Source: a virus. Taken from it: 64,000 nucleotides of DNA. Position numbers and translations under genes: made by a program. Position 1 is the first letter of the stretch. Each line of letters begins with the position of its first letter. The notes under the pieces are model-generated. The model did no database searches, was not told where the DNA came from, and saw only the letters and a program-made list of their open reading frames with translations. Below are positions 21,287 to 31,140 of the stretch, piece by piece. The stretch spans positions 87,161 to 151,160 of the IMG/VR virus record IMGVR_UViG_3300045988_045053. One strand, given 5' to 3'.

Positions 21287-22066
21287 TTAGAAGTTTAATA
21301 TGTTTCTTAGTAATAGAGTCTTCTCTGCTCTATTCATCAAATCTTTACCCTTGTCATTACTAATTAGCTGCGTAAATGCATTGTACACAGTAAACATATC
21401 CACCTCATTACCCACTCCAATATAATATGAAGAATCTGGGTCCTCAAACATAGAACTATACGCCTTAGTAACAAGGTCTGTTCCTATCTTGACATCTCCA
21501 TAACCTACATTATAAACCATATGCATAGCATTTCTTTGCCATTTGCCTAAGTTTAAACTTACTAAATCGTCTTCAGCTTTCCATGTAGTATTATGAAGAT
21601 TCTCCAACATCAGCTTTATATCAGAAGTCTGACTTAATAAATACTCTACAGCTTTATAATTCAAGGCTTCTTCTGGATTAACTGGCTGCATTTGAAGAAA
21701 TTCTGGGTCAAATACACAGAGATTTGTACATGCTCTGTTAAGTGCCCCTCTATAAATCTTGGCTACTGGCTTACGAACATCTAGTCCGTAGACCATGCCA
21801 ATAACTTCATCATGATTGTCAAAGCTGCAACTCTCTGGCATTACAGCTTGAATCAATACACGATTATATGTAATATCATCTGCATTAACATCTCCATCGA
21901 CTGTCCTAGTGACCTGTTTAGGCAATTCTACTTCAACTATAAAGTCTTTAGTAAACTTGGACATTCTTTCAATAAAAGGCTCTACATAGGCAGCAGTTGG
22001 TAAATATGCTCTCTTACCTATTCTAGTAGCCTTACCATTCATGAGTTGGTCAATACTTATTTGCAT
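21287..22066 (-). CDS. hypothetical protein
   Basis: 259-aa ORF. Confidence 0.4.
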   Translation of the reverse strand: MQISIDQLMNGKATRIGKRAYLPTAAYVEPFIERMSKFTKDFIVEVELPKQVTRTVDGDVNADDITYNRVLIQAVMPESCSFDNHDEVIGMVYGLDVRKPVAKIYRGALNRACTNLCVFDPEFLQMQPVNPEEALNYKAVEYLLSQTSDIKLMLENLHNTTWKAEDDLVSLNLGKWQRNAMHMVYNVGYGDVKIGTDLVTKAYSSMFEDPDSSYYIGVGNEVDMFTVYNAFTQLISNDKGKDLMNRAEKTLLLRNILNF

Positions 22067-22070
22067 TTAA

Positions 22071-22820
22071 TTACAAGTAATATATAGTCATTGTTTCTAA
22101 TAACTTGACTGCTTCCGCAAGCTTAGCTATAATTCTAATAGCTGCTCCATTACCTCCTGCCAATATATCAGCAGCAGCTAATTCCTTCATTGTTAACTTT
22201 CCATTAGATGCATCATATAACGTCAATGCATTATGTAAGGCATCAGCATTATATATTCTGTCCTTGTTCTTCTTTAAGAGCTCAAGGTACGGGTGTAATA
22301 TGGAATAGCCTATTGGTTTATAATCTTCTCCATAAAACACTTTCCCATCAAACTTTATTATCCTAACCTTTCTATTGGTAAAGGCACTTGAAAACAAACT
22401 AACGGACAAATCCAAGTGGTCAGCTGGTCTGAATTTCTCTAATGGAGTTTTAACTTTACCTTTAAGGTAATATACCTCATCTTCAGACACTACTATAATA
22501 CCACCATCTTTACAAAGGAACTCTTCCTTAGAGGATGTTTCATCCTTAGAGAATACCTCATCTAGAAGAGAATCAACACGTTGATTTATAGACTTGGCTT
22601 CTCCTTTACCAATAATTGGAATCTTTCCGATAGAAGTATCTATAGCTTTAGAGCAATCAATTTCTATGGTTAAACATTTCCTAAATTCCGATTCGGCTGC
22701 CTTCTGCTTAAGTCTTGCTTCCTGTAACAGACTGGTCAGTCTGTCTACTTCTAGAGTACATTCCTTATACTTGGAAGCAGAATCTAGTACATGTTGGGCA
22801 AATTCCGGTGTTAAATCCAT
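22071..22820 (-). CDS. hypothetical protein
   Basis: 249-aa ORF. Confidence 0.4.
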   Translation of the reverse strand: MDLTPEFAQHVLDSASKYKECTLEVDRLTSLLQEARLKQKAAESEFRKCLTIEIDCSKAIDTSIGKIPIIGKGEAKSINQRVDSLLDEVFSKDETSSKEEFLCKDGGIIVVSEDEVYYLKGKVKTPLEKFRPADHLDLSVSLFSSAFTNRKVRIIKFDGKVFYGEDYKPIGYSILHPYLELLKKNKDRIYNADALHNALTLYDASNGKLTMKELAAADILAGGNGAAIRIIAKLAEAVKLLETMTIYYL

Positions 22821-22830
22821 AAATTATAGT

Positions 22831-24399
22831 TTATTGTAACACGATACGACCATCTGTAATGTTCTTTCCATCTACAATACTATAATCACAACATGCAAGT
22901 GTATTTCCAAAATTCTTGTGAATCCATTCGGAACTTCCAAATAATGAACCAACTGACTTATAGGTAAATCTTCTACCATAAGTAGTGGCTGACTGATGTA
23001 AATCTCCTTTTACAAAGACTACATTACCAGTGATGCCCTTATTGTCCAAATATTCATTGATGAAATTCTCTGTCTTCACGTCAAGAGTTAATGGTAGATT
23101 CTTAAACATGTCTTTATTATCTTTACCATGACACATTACATAGGTAGTTTCATTAAGAGTAAACTCTCCTATGAACTTGTCAAATACTTGACATTTAACA
23201 TCAAACTGTTCTAATACAGCAGCTAATGCTAAGTTAGCAGCATAACCAAAATCACCATCATGATTGGACTCGCCAACACAATAATAATACATATTGGTAT
23301 GCTTTACATTCTCTATCAGAGATTTAACAAAGCTAGTCATTAACTTAATATAAGTTTGCAATTGCTCCTTATTGCTCATGTTTTGAGCCAGTTCATGACC
23401 ACCTCTTGTAGTTTGTCCATTATATCCGTCAAGAGAATCTCCAAGATTGCAGATAACTATATTCTCAAACCCACCACCAATGTAATAAGCTTCAGTATAT
23501 ACTCTCTTTATAATCATGTCAAATCTCTTCTTCATTTCTTCTTCGTTATAAGGATTCTGATAAATAGATAGAGGAGACACTGTGGCTCCAGTATGAATAT
23601 CAGACAACCATATGATTAGGTCTTTGCCGTTAGAAATTGTCGGCATACGTCCCCAGTCATACAGATTATTGAAGTCTAGCCCTTCTATAAGAGCTTTGCC
23701 GTCAGCTATTTTAGCTTTCAGTTCGGCATTCTCCATGGCATACTTCTTAAGTAGTCGCTCGTTATTCTTGATGCGTTCTGCTTCTATGCCCCTTAGGAAG
23801 TCATTCTCCTTCTCCCTTAGTTGCATATCTTTAAGCTCGTCAATAGTATTCTCCTCAATAACATGAGGAGCAAATGGTGCTGCGGCTTTAGTAATATTGA
23901 AGACTTTGAGAATCTTCTTAAACTCCTCTAGAGAATATTCAGGGAAGCTACGACTTACTTCTCTTTGTGTTATGGATGAACCATAATAAGAGTAAAGTCT
24001 ATGAATCATATTCATTTCATCCCTAGTAAGACTGCCAGTAAATGGTGCTTTGTCTCTTAGCGGGATAGTGAATTGATACTTAACAATCTTACCTTCATCA
24101 TTTCTGACCAATGTAATCTTGCCAGTACTAGTTTCCTCCTCTTCAGAGGATGTCACTTCTTCCGATTTAGAACGACGTATAATACCTCTCTTGCTAACCT
24201 TGTCATACAGACTCATTATCATGTCGTAGGATTCCTTGTCGATACTGCCATCAGCTATATCTTTGTTTACTACCTGTTTCTTTACCCAGAAGTAATTCTG
24301 TGGAAGACCTACTTGTTCTGCATATGCATTTAAACTAATGTTCTGTTTTAAAACTTCTTGTAAGTGATTGATTAGCTTGGTAATTGTTGTTTCTCTCAT
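22831..24399 (-). CDS. metallophosphoesterase-domain protein (SbcD/Mre11-like C-terminal domain)
   Basis: GDSLDG, GESNHDG, CHGKD, GDLH in the C-terminal half; N-terminal ~270 aa are coiled-coil. Confidence 0.55.
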   Translation of the reverse strand: MRETTITKLINHLQEVLKQNISLNAYAEQVGLPQNYFWVKKQVVNKDIADGSIDKESYDMIMSLYDKVSKRGIIRRSKSEEVTSSEEEETSTGKITLVRNDEGKIVKYQFTIPLRDKAPFTGSLTRDEMNMIHRLYSYYGSSITQREVSRSFPEYSLEEFKKILKVFNITKAAAPFAPHVIEENTIDELKDMQLREKENDFLRGIEAERIKNNERLLKKYAMENAELKAKIADGKALIEGLDFNNLYDWGRMPTISNGKDLIIWLSDIHTGATVSPLSIYQNPYNEEEMKKRFDMIIKRVYTEAYYIGGGFENIVICNLGDSLDGYNGQTTRGGHELAQNMSNKEQLQTYIKLMTSFVKSLIENVKHTNMYYYCVGESNHDGDFGYAANLALAAVLEQFDVKCQVFDKFIGEFTLNETTYVMCHGKDNKDMFKNLPLTLDVKTENFINEYLDNKGITGNVVFVKGDLHQSATTYGRRFTYKSVGSLFGSSEWIHKNFGNTLACCDYSIVDGKNITDGRIVLQ

Positions 24400-24470
24400 T
24401 TCTGAGTTAAAATTAGATAACCTTTCGGCGCTTATATAAAATCTAATCTCTTTTAGTTATGCACATCTGA

Positions 24471-24515
24471 ATAAAAAGAAAAGGGACTACCTTATTCACA
24501 TAAGATAATCCCTTT
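24471..24515 (-). terminator. rho-independent terminator candidate
   Basis: 7-bp stem AAAGGGA/TCCCTTT with a 22-nt loop, followed on the minus strand by TCTTTTTAT, just downstream of the 24544 gene stop. Confidence 0.45.
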
Positions 24516-24543
24516 GATATTTAAAGTCAATAGAAGTTAAATT

Positions 24544-25080
24544 TTATCCTTCGACCCCAAAGCAGATGTATGTACCCATCTTAGCTGATTTTGACGGAGT
24601 GTGTTTTACTTCAAAAGCACCGTCTTCGCCTTCAACTACAGCCTTGATGTACTTGCAATAGATATCGCCAGTATAACCTTTCTTAGTGTAAAGTTCCTTA
24701 GCGATTTCTTTGGCTTTAGTTTTAGTTTCAAAGTTCAAGAACAATACTTCACCAGTTGCAGGATTGATTCCCTGATAGCCAGTTTTGTATTTACGTTTAC
24801 CTTTCTCGTTCTTGATGTCACGCATAGTATAAGGACGTTCACGAGTATCAGCAGAACCTGCTTCAAATGTGATAGAACATCCGATGCCAGCAGCAAACTT
24901 AGTATGCTTAGCCAGATACTCTGCTTCAAATTCTTTCAAAGCTTTCTCTGAAATAGGTTTACCAGCTGTCTTCCATGCCTGAGTTGCATCACGAATTACT
25001 TGGAAAGGTGCTTGTGCGATTGCTTCTTGTTTAGTATAACCTTTTACTTCTACGTTCTTAAAATTTACTTGGTTTGTCAT
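24544..25080 (-). CDS. hypothetical protein (probably highly expressed; start trimmed to internal ATG)
   Basis: The track ORF extends to 25281 through an AT-rich leader. The plausible start is MTNQVNFK at 25080, preceded by a promoter-like motif and followed by a terminator. Confidence 0.45.
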   Translation of the reverse strand: MTNQVNFKNVEVKGYTKQEAIAQAPFQVIRDATQAWKTAGKPISEKALKEFEAEYLAKHTKFAAGIGCSITFEAGSADTRERPYTMRDIKNEKGKRKYKTGYQGINPATGEVLFLNFETKTKAKEIAKELYTKKGYTGDIYCKYIKAVVEGEDGAFEVKHTPSKSAKMGTYICFGVEG

Positions 25081-25135
25081 AATTAATTGGAATTTAAACA
25101 TTAGTTCATTGTCATATCTCTTTGTTATTGTATTA

Positions 25136-25167
25136 CAAAGGTACTGCTTTAATAGTAAACTACCAAA
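25136..25167 (-). promoter_or_regulatory. Bacteroidota-type promoter candidate (-7 TAnnTTTG, -33 TTTG)
   Basis: Minus strand reads TACCTTTG (25143..25136) with TTTG about 20 nt upstream (25167..25164), roughly 55 nt before the ATG at 25080. Confidence 0.3.
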
Positions 25168-25523
25168 CAGTTCTAATGCAAAATAATCTAAATTTAATTC
25201 TATTAATCTGACTCTCCTTCGAGAGGAAAGCGTTACAAAGATACTACATTTCTTGTAACTACACAAGTAAATTGCCAACAATTAGTGAGTTAATAAGATT
25301 TAACTATTATCGTTTGGCGGAAAGCAAAATTCATTTTTAGTCATTTGCTTCCATGTGTCTCGACTTTCCTCGTAGAACTTGTCCACGATTTCGTCAGAGC
25401 GTTTCTCTATTAATCCTGCTGCCCATAACAGCTGGTGGAAACGCATATCGGGATGTTTCCTGGCTAATACTTCCAAACTATGAATTATAGCCATGTTATT
25501 CAAATATCTGTCATGTACCATAA

Positions 25524-25916
25524 TTAAAATGGCGTTTCTGGCGTAGTAGGTTCCCAAGGAAGCTCTTTATCAAGAATTTCATTAATCTTAGCAACCATAT
25601 CTTTAGCCGATTTTAAATCAAATGTCAAGAACTCGGTAGTGTTTCTCATAAAATCATCACATATAACTGCGAGACCTTTAAGAAGACCCTCCGAATTATG
25701 ACTTTCTTTGCCCTGTCTAATCTTCTGGATTACTTGCCAAGTAGTTGCGTTAGGAGTTTTGTTCCTAGCTTGCTTAGTAAGAAAGCATATTAGTGATATT
25801 AAAGCAAACTTAGTCCCTATATCACAGGCCAGACATCCTAAACTGAAGTACTGCTTGTAATATTCCTTCAAATCATTCATAGTAGGCTCATAGTATTCCA
25901 TCAGCATCGTATCCAT
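25524..25916 (-). CDS. hypothetical protein
   Basis: 130-aa ORF. Confidence 0.35.
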   Translation of the reverse strand: MDTMLMEYYEPTMNDLKEYYKQYFSLGCLACDIGTKFALISLICFLTKQARNKTPNATTWQVIQKIRQGKESHNSEGLLKGLAVICDDFMRNTTEFLTFDLKSAKDMVAKINEILDKELPWEPTTPETPF

Positions 25917-26925
25917 AAAGCTCGTAATATGCTACACGCCTCAACAATGTAGTAAATTCAGTAAAACCCGACAACATATGACCATTATTAACAGGAAACA
26001 CTCCAGACCTAAAATCCGGAACTGTTGATACCACTAGCATATTAGCCTTAAGTGTGGGCTTTGCCTTATATTCATTCTCTATGTACAATTTCAGCATCCA
26101 CATATACATAGCCATTTGCCTAGCATAGTGATACTTATCAAAGCTCTCATGAAACTTAGTGAGATAATGTCCACTAGTCTTCAAGTCATTGAGAACTAAT
26201 TCATTCGACTCTGGACTGTATGTAAAATTATCCAACTTAGCTTTTAGTTTGAGAACCTTACTAAGACCATTATGCTCAACAAGCACATCTATTAATAGTA
26301 CAGACTCATTCTTGGAGATTGGCTTCTCTAATAAATAGTCTGGATTCAATAAGGATTGTATTTGTGGATTACATTCAACTGATACAATACATTCTCGTAG
26401 TTTGTCTCTAGATTTAGCATCAAGATAAATTGGAACCTTATCTGCAACATATTTGCTGCCCCACTCATAAGCTGTGCGTTGAGCATAATAGTTCTCGCAT
26501 TTTATGCGCAGAGCATCCATTTTGTCTTCATCCATTTTACCTTTATAATAGCTAATCTTGTCAGACGCTACTACTATCTCATCCTTAGTAACAACACCAT
26601 TAGCTATAAATAAAGGATACAGCTCATCAGCCATAAATCCTGCTTTGGCTGTGGGTCTGTTGACAGAATCTACAAGAATAAAAGACTCTGGTTGCAGTAC
26701 TAATTCATGTACTGCCGAACCAAAGTACAGCGAATCGGAGTATCTTCCATCAGCACCCAGTCCCGCTAAATAAGCTTCTGGGCTACCTCCTTGTTCTGGG
26801 TTTATAAGCTTCAATCTAGAATTACTAATGTAATCAGAATAAGCTTCACTGAAATACTCCTCATCACTTATCTCAAGGAACTTGATAGTTTCAATTAGTG
26901 GTGTAATTTTAATGTCTTTAAGCAT
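25888..26925 (-). CDS. putative PD-(D/E)XK-family nuclease (YqaJ/lambda-exo-like)
   Basis: LIDVLVEHNG...ELVLNDLKTSG...YHYARQMAMY resembles the D..E.K + QxxxY arrangement; weak. Confidence 0.35.
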   Translation of the reverse strand: MLKDIKITPLIETIKFLEISDEEYFSEAYSDYISNSRLKLINPEQGGSPEAYLAGLGADGRYSDSLYFGSAVHELVLQPESFILVDSVNRPTAKAGFMADELYPLFIANGVVTKDEIVVASDKISYYKGKMDEDKMDALRIKCENYYAQRTAYEWGSKYVADKVPIYLDAKSRDKLRECIVSVECNPQIQSLLNPDYLLEKPISKNESVLLIDVLVEHNGLSKVLKLKAKLDNFTYSPESNELVLNDLKTSGHYLTKFHESFDKYHYARQMAMYMWMLKLYIENEYKAKPTLKANMLVVSTVPDFRSGVFPVNNGHMLSGFTEFTTLLRRVAYYELYGYDADGIL

Positions 26926-27421
26926 AACTCCTCATGAATTGATAAGCATCTATAATCTCATCTTTACATAAGGAGAATACTTTAAACATAGGAAAGTCAA
27001 TAGTCCTTTCTGTATGCATTAATAATGCAGGCAGTCCAGAACGTTGACATTTTAGTACGTTACTTAAAGAATCGTCAATAAAGACATCCACTTTACCTTT
27101 AATCATATCAGCCTTATTACCGTGTTGGTAATACATTTGATAGACTGGTCTATCTGGGAATCCATTTCGTCTTAGCCATTCTTTAGTCCAAGTTTTATTG
27201 TTTACACGTTTAGTGCAATATAATTCCGGAACAAAATCAGGTCTGTTAACTACTTTGAGATTTAACCAGAAGTCTCTGTCCTTACTAAGAATACGTTGTA
27301 CATTCCTAGTAATCATGCTATCTTCAAGCATACGTGGATTACTAGCTGTATCGAAGTACTCACAGTAAGCACCCCAAAAGTCAGCTAGACAATCGTCAAT
27401 ATCTAAACCTATTCTAAACAT
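26918..27421 (-). CDS. HAD-family 5'(3')-deoxyribonucleotidase
   Basis: N-terminal MFRIGLDIDDCLADF (DxDx motif). Confidence 0.6.
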   Translation of the reverse strand: MFRIGLDIDDCLADFWGAYCEYFDTASNPRMLEDSMITRNVQRILSKDRDFWLNLKVVNRPDFVPELYCTKRVNNKTWTKEWLRRNGFPDRPVYQMYYQHGNKADMIKGKVDVFIDDSLSNVLKCQRSGLPALLMHTERTIDFPMFKVFSLCKDEIIDAYQFMRSYA

Positions 27422-27773
27422 TCATTGTCATCTTGTACGACTAGAACTCTTCTATATCGTATATGTCACCAATAATTATCTCTTTGTCTTTAGCCATAGT
27501 ACCTGCCAGTTCATCATAATCACCTGGAGGGTCTATGTCATAATCTGTAATGAATAAGTCAATAAACTTATCCTCAGCTTCTGTAAAGCTTCTAGCTCTT
27601 ACCTTCTCTAGCCATAAATCACCGTCGTCCAGACTATAACAAGGCAGAATATAAGTGTTCATCAGCAGATATAATAATTAAATGATTCAAGATTTAGTAA
27701 GTCAAGATGTGAATATATCAAATTTGCCATAGGATATTCTAATCAAGCATTACTAAACAAAGAAAGCCACAGA

Positions 27774-28169
27774 TTACTCCGTAGCCTTCTTAATAAGTTC
27801 ATAAAAGAAATCTTTACTCATCATAACGTATTCTCCGTCAGAGCCCATGTTTACTCCCTTGTCAATCTGCTTGTTCCAGATTATTACTAAGGGTCTATCT
27901 TTACGACCACATGTTTTGATAATTTCAGCAATAGACGGTGTGTTCTTAGTACATTTACATTGTACGTAACATGGCAATTTGTCCTCGGTTTCAGCTATGT
28001 CAATTTTAGCATCGTCCAGATTCTTGGACTCACTACGAGATGACTTTAGGCCTTTATAACCAAGTCCTATCAATTCCTTAATAATCTTAAGTTCATAATT
28101 ATTACCTTTACGTTTAGCATATGCACCGTTACGTTTCTTCTTCGGTTTTACTTCTTCAGTGTTCTCCAT
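27774..28169 (-). CDS. hypothetical basic protein (possible Hjc-like resolvase/nuclease)
   Basis: RKGNNYELKII...IDIAE...YVQCK loosely resembles the Hjc/PD-(D/E)XK E..K pattern. Confidence 0.25.
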   Translation of the reverse strand: MENTEEVKPKKKRNGAYAKRKGNNYELKIIKELIGLGYKGLKSSRSESKNLDDAKIDIAETEDKLPCYVQCKCTKNTPSIAEIIKTCGRKDRPLVIIWNKQIDKGVNMGSDGEYVMMSKDFFYELIKKATE

Positions 28170-29152
28170 GCTTCGTTAATTAAGTTAAGTGTTGCATCTC
28201 TACCATATTTAGCATGAAAGTCAGATATATCTTTAGCTCCATAAGACCTAGGAATGAAGATGCAGTCTATGTTAAACTTCTTTCTTATCTGGTTCATGTT
28301 ATGAATGCCAGGCAAGTCGTTATCATAGAATACAACTATCTTCTTAAATCTTTTACTCAACTTCTCGAATTGAGATTCAGTTAAGAATAAATTCTCTGAA
28401 TTAGGAGCTATTGCAGTAATTCCTAAAGAATATAGACACATAACGTCTTTCATACTCTTAGTAACTACTAACAAATCGCCTTCTGCCGGAAGCTGATGTG
28501 CTCCCTGTAACATGATAGACTTCCAGTTAGATAGAAACCGTGTAGTTCCTCTTTCTCTAAATGGAAAGTAGATTCTCCATAACTCAACCCCTTTATCGTT
28601 CTTACCACGATAATAGCCAAACATGGGATTCTGTGGACCAGTAGTGGCATAATAACTGCCATTTAAATAGACAGCCTTGCAAGAATAGACTCTGAATCTC
28701 TTCAGAATCTCCTTAGTAATGCCATATTGTGCCCACCACTGTAGTTCAGATTCAGTGAATTCTTGTACATCAGCTCTTATAATCGCAGGTCCATCGTCCT
28801 TAAATTCAGACTTACTTGCGACTACAGGCTTATTGTTCTTAGGTAACGTTTTATGAGTTATATAGCCAAAGTCGTTAGCAATTATTTGCAATGCCTTATA
28901 ATAAGTACAACTATACTTATACATAACCACACTAATGAAATTACCATAGAACTGTCCGCTGAAGTCATTGAATATGATGTCTCCAGACGCATTCCTATAA
29001 AAGGAACACGTAGGAGAATTATCATTTCTCAACGGAGATTTAAACAACCCTTTCTTAACTGGGATTCCTAGATAATACTCAAGATAAGTTTCCTGAGTCT
29101 GCCTTTCAAGTAAATACTTCTTAGTAATTTTAGGTTCATATTCCAATATCAT
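28148..29152 (-). CDS. DnaG-like DNA primase (zinc-binding + TOPRIM)
   Basis: N-terminal CHC2-like region (PTCSF) and TOPRIM KIVVFYDNDLPG. Confidence 0.65.
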   Translation of the reverse strand: MILEYEPKITKKYLLERQTQETYLEYYLGIPVKKGLFKSPLRNDNSPTCSFYRNASGDIIFNDFSGQFYGNFISVVMYKYSCTYYKALQIIANDFGYITHKTLPKNNKPVVASKSEFKDDGPAIIRADVQEFTESELQWWAQYGITKEILKRFRVYSCKAVYLNGSYYATTGPQNPMFGYYRGKNDKGVELWRIYFPFRERGTTRFLSNWKSIMLQGAHQLPAEGDLLVVTKSMKDVMCLYSLGITAIAPNSENLFLTESQFEKLSKRFKKIVVFYDNDLPGIHNMNQIRKKFNIDCIFIPRSYGAKDISDFHAKYGRDATLNLINEAWRTLKK

Positions 29153-29199
29153 ATTATTTCAATGTTTAATGTTTGAACCTCAAATTTACTAATTAATTA

Positions 29200-29883
29200 T
29201 TACACTTCAAAGTCAAGGTCTGCGTTATCTGTGGCTGCATCATTAGATGTTGCAAAATCGTCAGAACTTGTACCAGGCATGTCAGTAGGGCCGTTACTCT
29301 TCTGTTTATTCATCTGACTGATTTCATAGTCAGAGAAGAATACTTTGTCTCCTAACCAGTTGTTAGAGATATATGCATCACCTGCTTTACTGATATTGAC
29401 GAAATAAGGCAGACAAGGTTCGCCTTTCTTATTAGCAATCAGCTTCAGATTAGTATGCTTATTAACTGCATCCTTAGTGATGTCGGCAAATGTCTTTACC
29501 AATTTCTCAAACTCTTCCGGAAGGGCAAAAGTTTTAGTTTTAAATGCTTCATATTTCTTAGGAGCAAGTTGTTCTCCAATATGAGCTAACATAAATTTAA
29601 ACTTCTCAAAGTTGGACGGACTTTCACGTTCAACTCCATTGTTAGAGCTTACTTGTCTTACATCATCTCCCTCTTTAGGACAGAATACTGTTTCTTCATA
29701 AACACCATTCTCATTCTCGAATGAAATTCTCATGGTTTTGTACACTGCGTCAGGGTCTTTCTTACCCTTAAACTCATTAAATGTTATTCCCTTGAAGATA
29801 ACATCGTGGATTTCCCATGGTTTCAGTCTTGGTTTAATAGATGATGTACCGTTCGTGTTTGTTAAGTTGAAATTCATTGACAT
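29200..29883 (-). CDS. hypothetical protein (possible ssDNA-binding protein)
   Basis: Acidic C-terminal tail DDFATSNDAATDNADLDFEV as in SSBs; sits between primase and helicase genes. Confidence 0.3.
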   Translation of the reverse strand: MSMNFNLTNTNGTSSIKPRLKPWEIHDVIFKGITFNEFKGKKDPDAVYKTMRISFENENGVYEETVFCPKEGDDVRQVSSNNGVERESPSNFEKFKFMLAHIGEQLAPKKYEAFKTKTFALPEEFEKLVKTFADITKDAVNKHTNLKLIANKKGEPCLPYFVNISKAGDAYISNNWLGDKVFFSDYEISQMNKQKSNGPTDMPGTSSDDFATSNDAATDNADLDFEV

Positions 29884-29895
29884 AGTTTATAAGTA

Positions 29896-30447
29896 TTAAA
29901 GTTCAAAAGTTAATGGGTCAATCTCTTTAGCTGACTCATCTCCAATCTCTGTGTCTAACGGCAAATCAATGTTGTCGCTTTCATCTTCCAATACTTCTAT
30001 GTTATCTACTTCAGGCCTTTCAGCATTACCAACTAATACGAAGAGGTCATCCTGGCCTTTCATCGTAGTTACTGTAAATGTATCGCCATACTGACGTAGC
30101 ATGTCATTAGCTTTCCCTCTACAGCTGACAGACAGACTCTTAGTAAGTTTGTTTCCACCCTTAGTTCCAAAGGCTTCATCAGTTCCTATAACGGGGAAAG
30201 TGATTCCGTCAATTTTCTGATATTTAATACTAAGTCTATCTTCCCAAGCAACTCCCATTAATTGGGCAGCTGCTTTATTAAGTATGTACTTGTTAGGGTC
30301 TAGGGTAATTTGCGGTTCAGATGTCTCTGGAACCTCTTCCTTGACTGTTCTAGTCTTTACTTCTTCTTTGACAATTTCCTGCTTTAGAGATTTATACTCT
30401 CCAGTAGCTGGGTCAAAGTCCAAAGTTAACAGCATTTTAACTATCAT
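29896..30447 (-). CDS. hypothetical protein
   Basis: 183-aa ORF with acidic C-terminus. Confidence 0.35.
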   Translation of the reverse strand: MIVKMLLTLDFDPATGEYKSLKQEIVKEEVKTRTVKEEVPETSEPQITLDPNKYILNKAAAQLMGVAWEDRLSIKYQKIDGITFPVIGTDEAFGTKGGNKLTKSLSVSCRGKANDMLRQYGDTFTVTTMKGQDDLFVLVGNAERPEVDNIEVLEDESDNIDLPLDTEIGDESAKEIDPLTFEL

Positions 30448-31136
30448 TCTCCGTATTCAAATTTATTGATTGTGTCAATCACCATCTTCATATTAGGTTC
30501 AACATATAAATCAGGGAAACATCCTGCGGTACTTCTACAAGTATCTGGACCAAGTGACCTTGTTCTGAATTTATAGTCAACCTCTTCATCATTTACAATC
30601 TTCTCTGCATACAGCAAATAATTAAACAGTCCATCTATATTAACAGACCTATCCAACATCTTTCCAGTAGTAAATAACTTATATTTAGGGTCATAGTCGT
30701 TACCGTCATTTACAATATGAGATATGAACACTACAATTAAATCCTCTCTAAGAGTCATAGCCTTCATTATTAAATCATAATAGTGCTTTGCAAAGTCAAT
30801 ATGCTTATCATATCCTTTCTCCGCACTTCTAGACATCACCTCTTGTGAAAGAAGATAATTACTATCGTCAATTACTAAGACCTTAATCTCTGGCATTTTA
30901 ACATTAACTACATTCATGATGTTCATCACTTTGGCAAATTCATTGCTGAAATACCAATTTCCAACATAGTTCTTGTCTTTGTCCTGAGTTAGCTTCTTGT
31001 AATTCTTCCTAAATCCTGGAATTGATAATTGTTTAGGAGTACAGCTAATGATAAATGTCTCCTTTGGGTTTAAATACTGTAGGGAACTAGACTTACCACT
31101 TCCCGAAAATCCTCCAAGTCCTATAATTTGGCTCAT
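30444..31136 (-). CDS. P-loop NTPase
   Basis: Walker A GGFSGSGKSS and Walker B-like VLVIDDS. Confidence 0.5.
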   Translation of the reverse strand: MSQIIGLGGFSGSGKSSSLQYLNPKETFIISCTPKQLSIPGFRKNYKKLTQDKDKNYVGNWYFSNEFAKVMNIMNVVNVKMPEIKVLVIDDSNYLLSQEVMSRSAEKGYDKHIDFAKHYYDLIMKAMTLREDLIVVFISHIVNDGNDYDPKYKLFTTGKMLDRSVNIDGLFNYLLYAEKIVNDEEVDYKFRTRSLGPDTCRSTAGCFPDLYVEPNMKMVIDTINKFEYGE

Positions 31137-31140
31137 TAAA

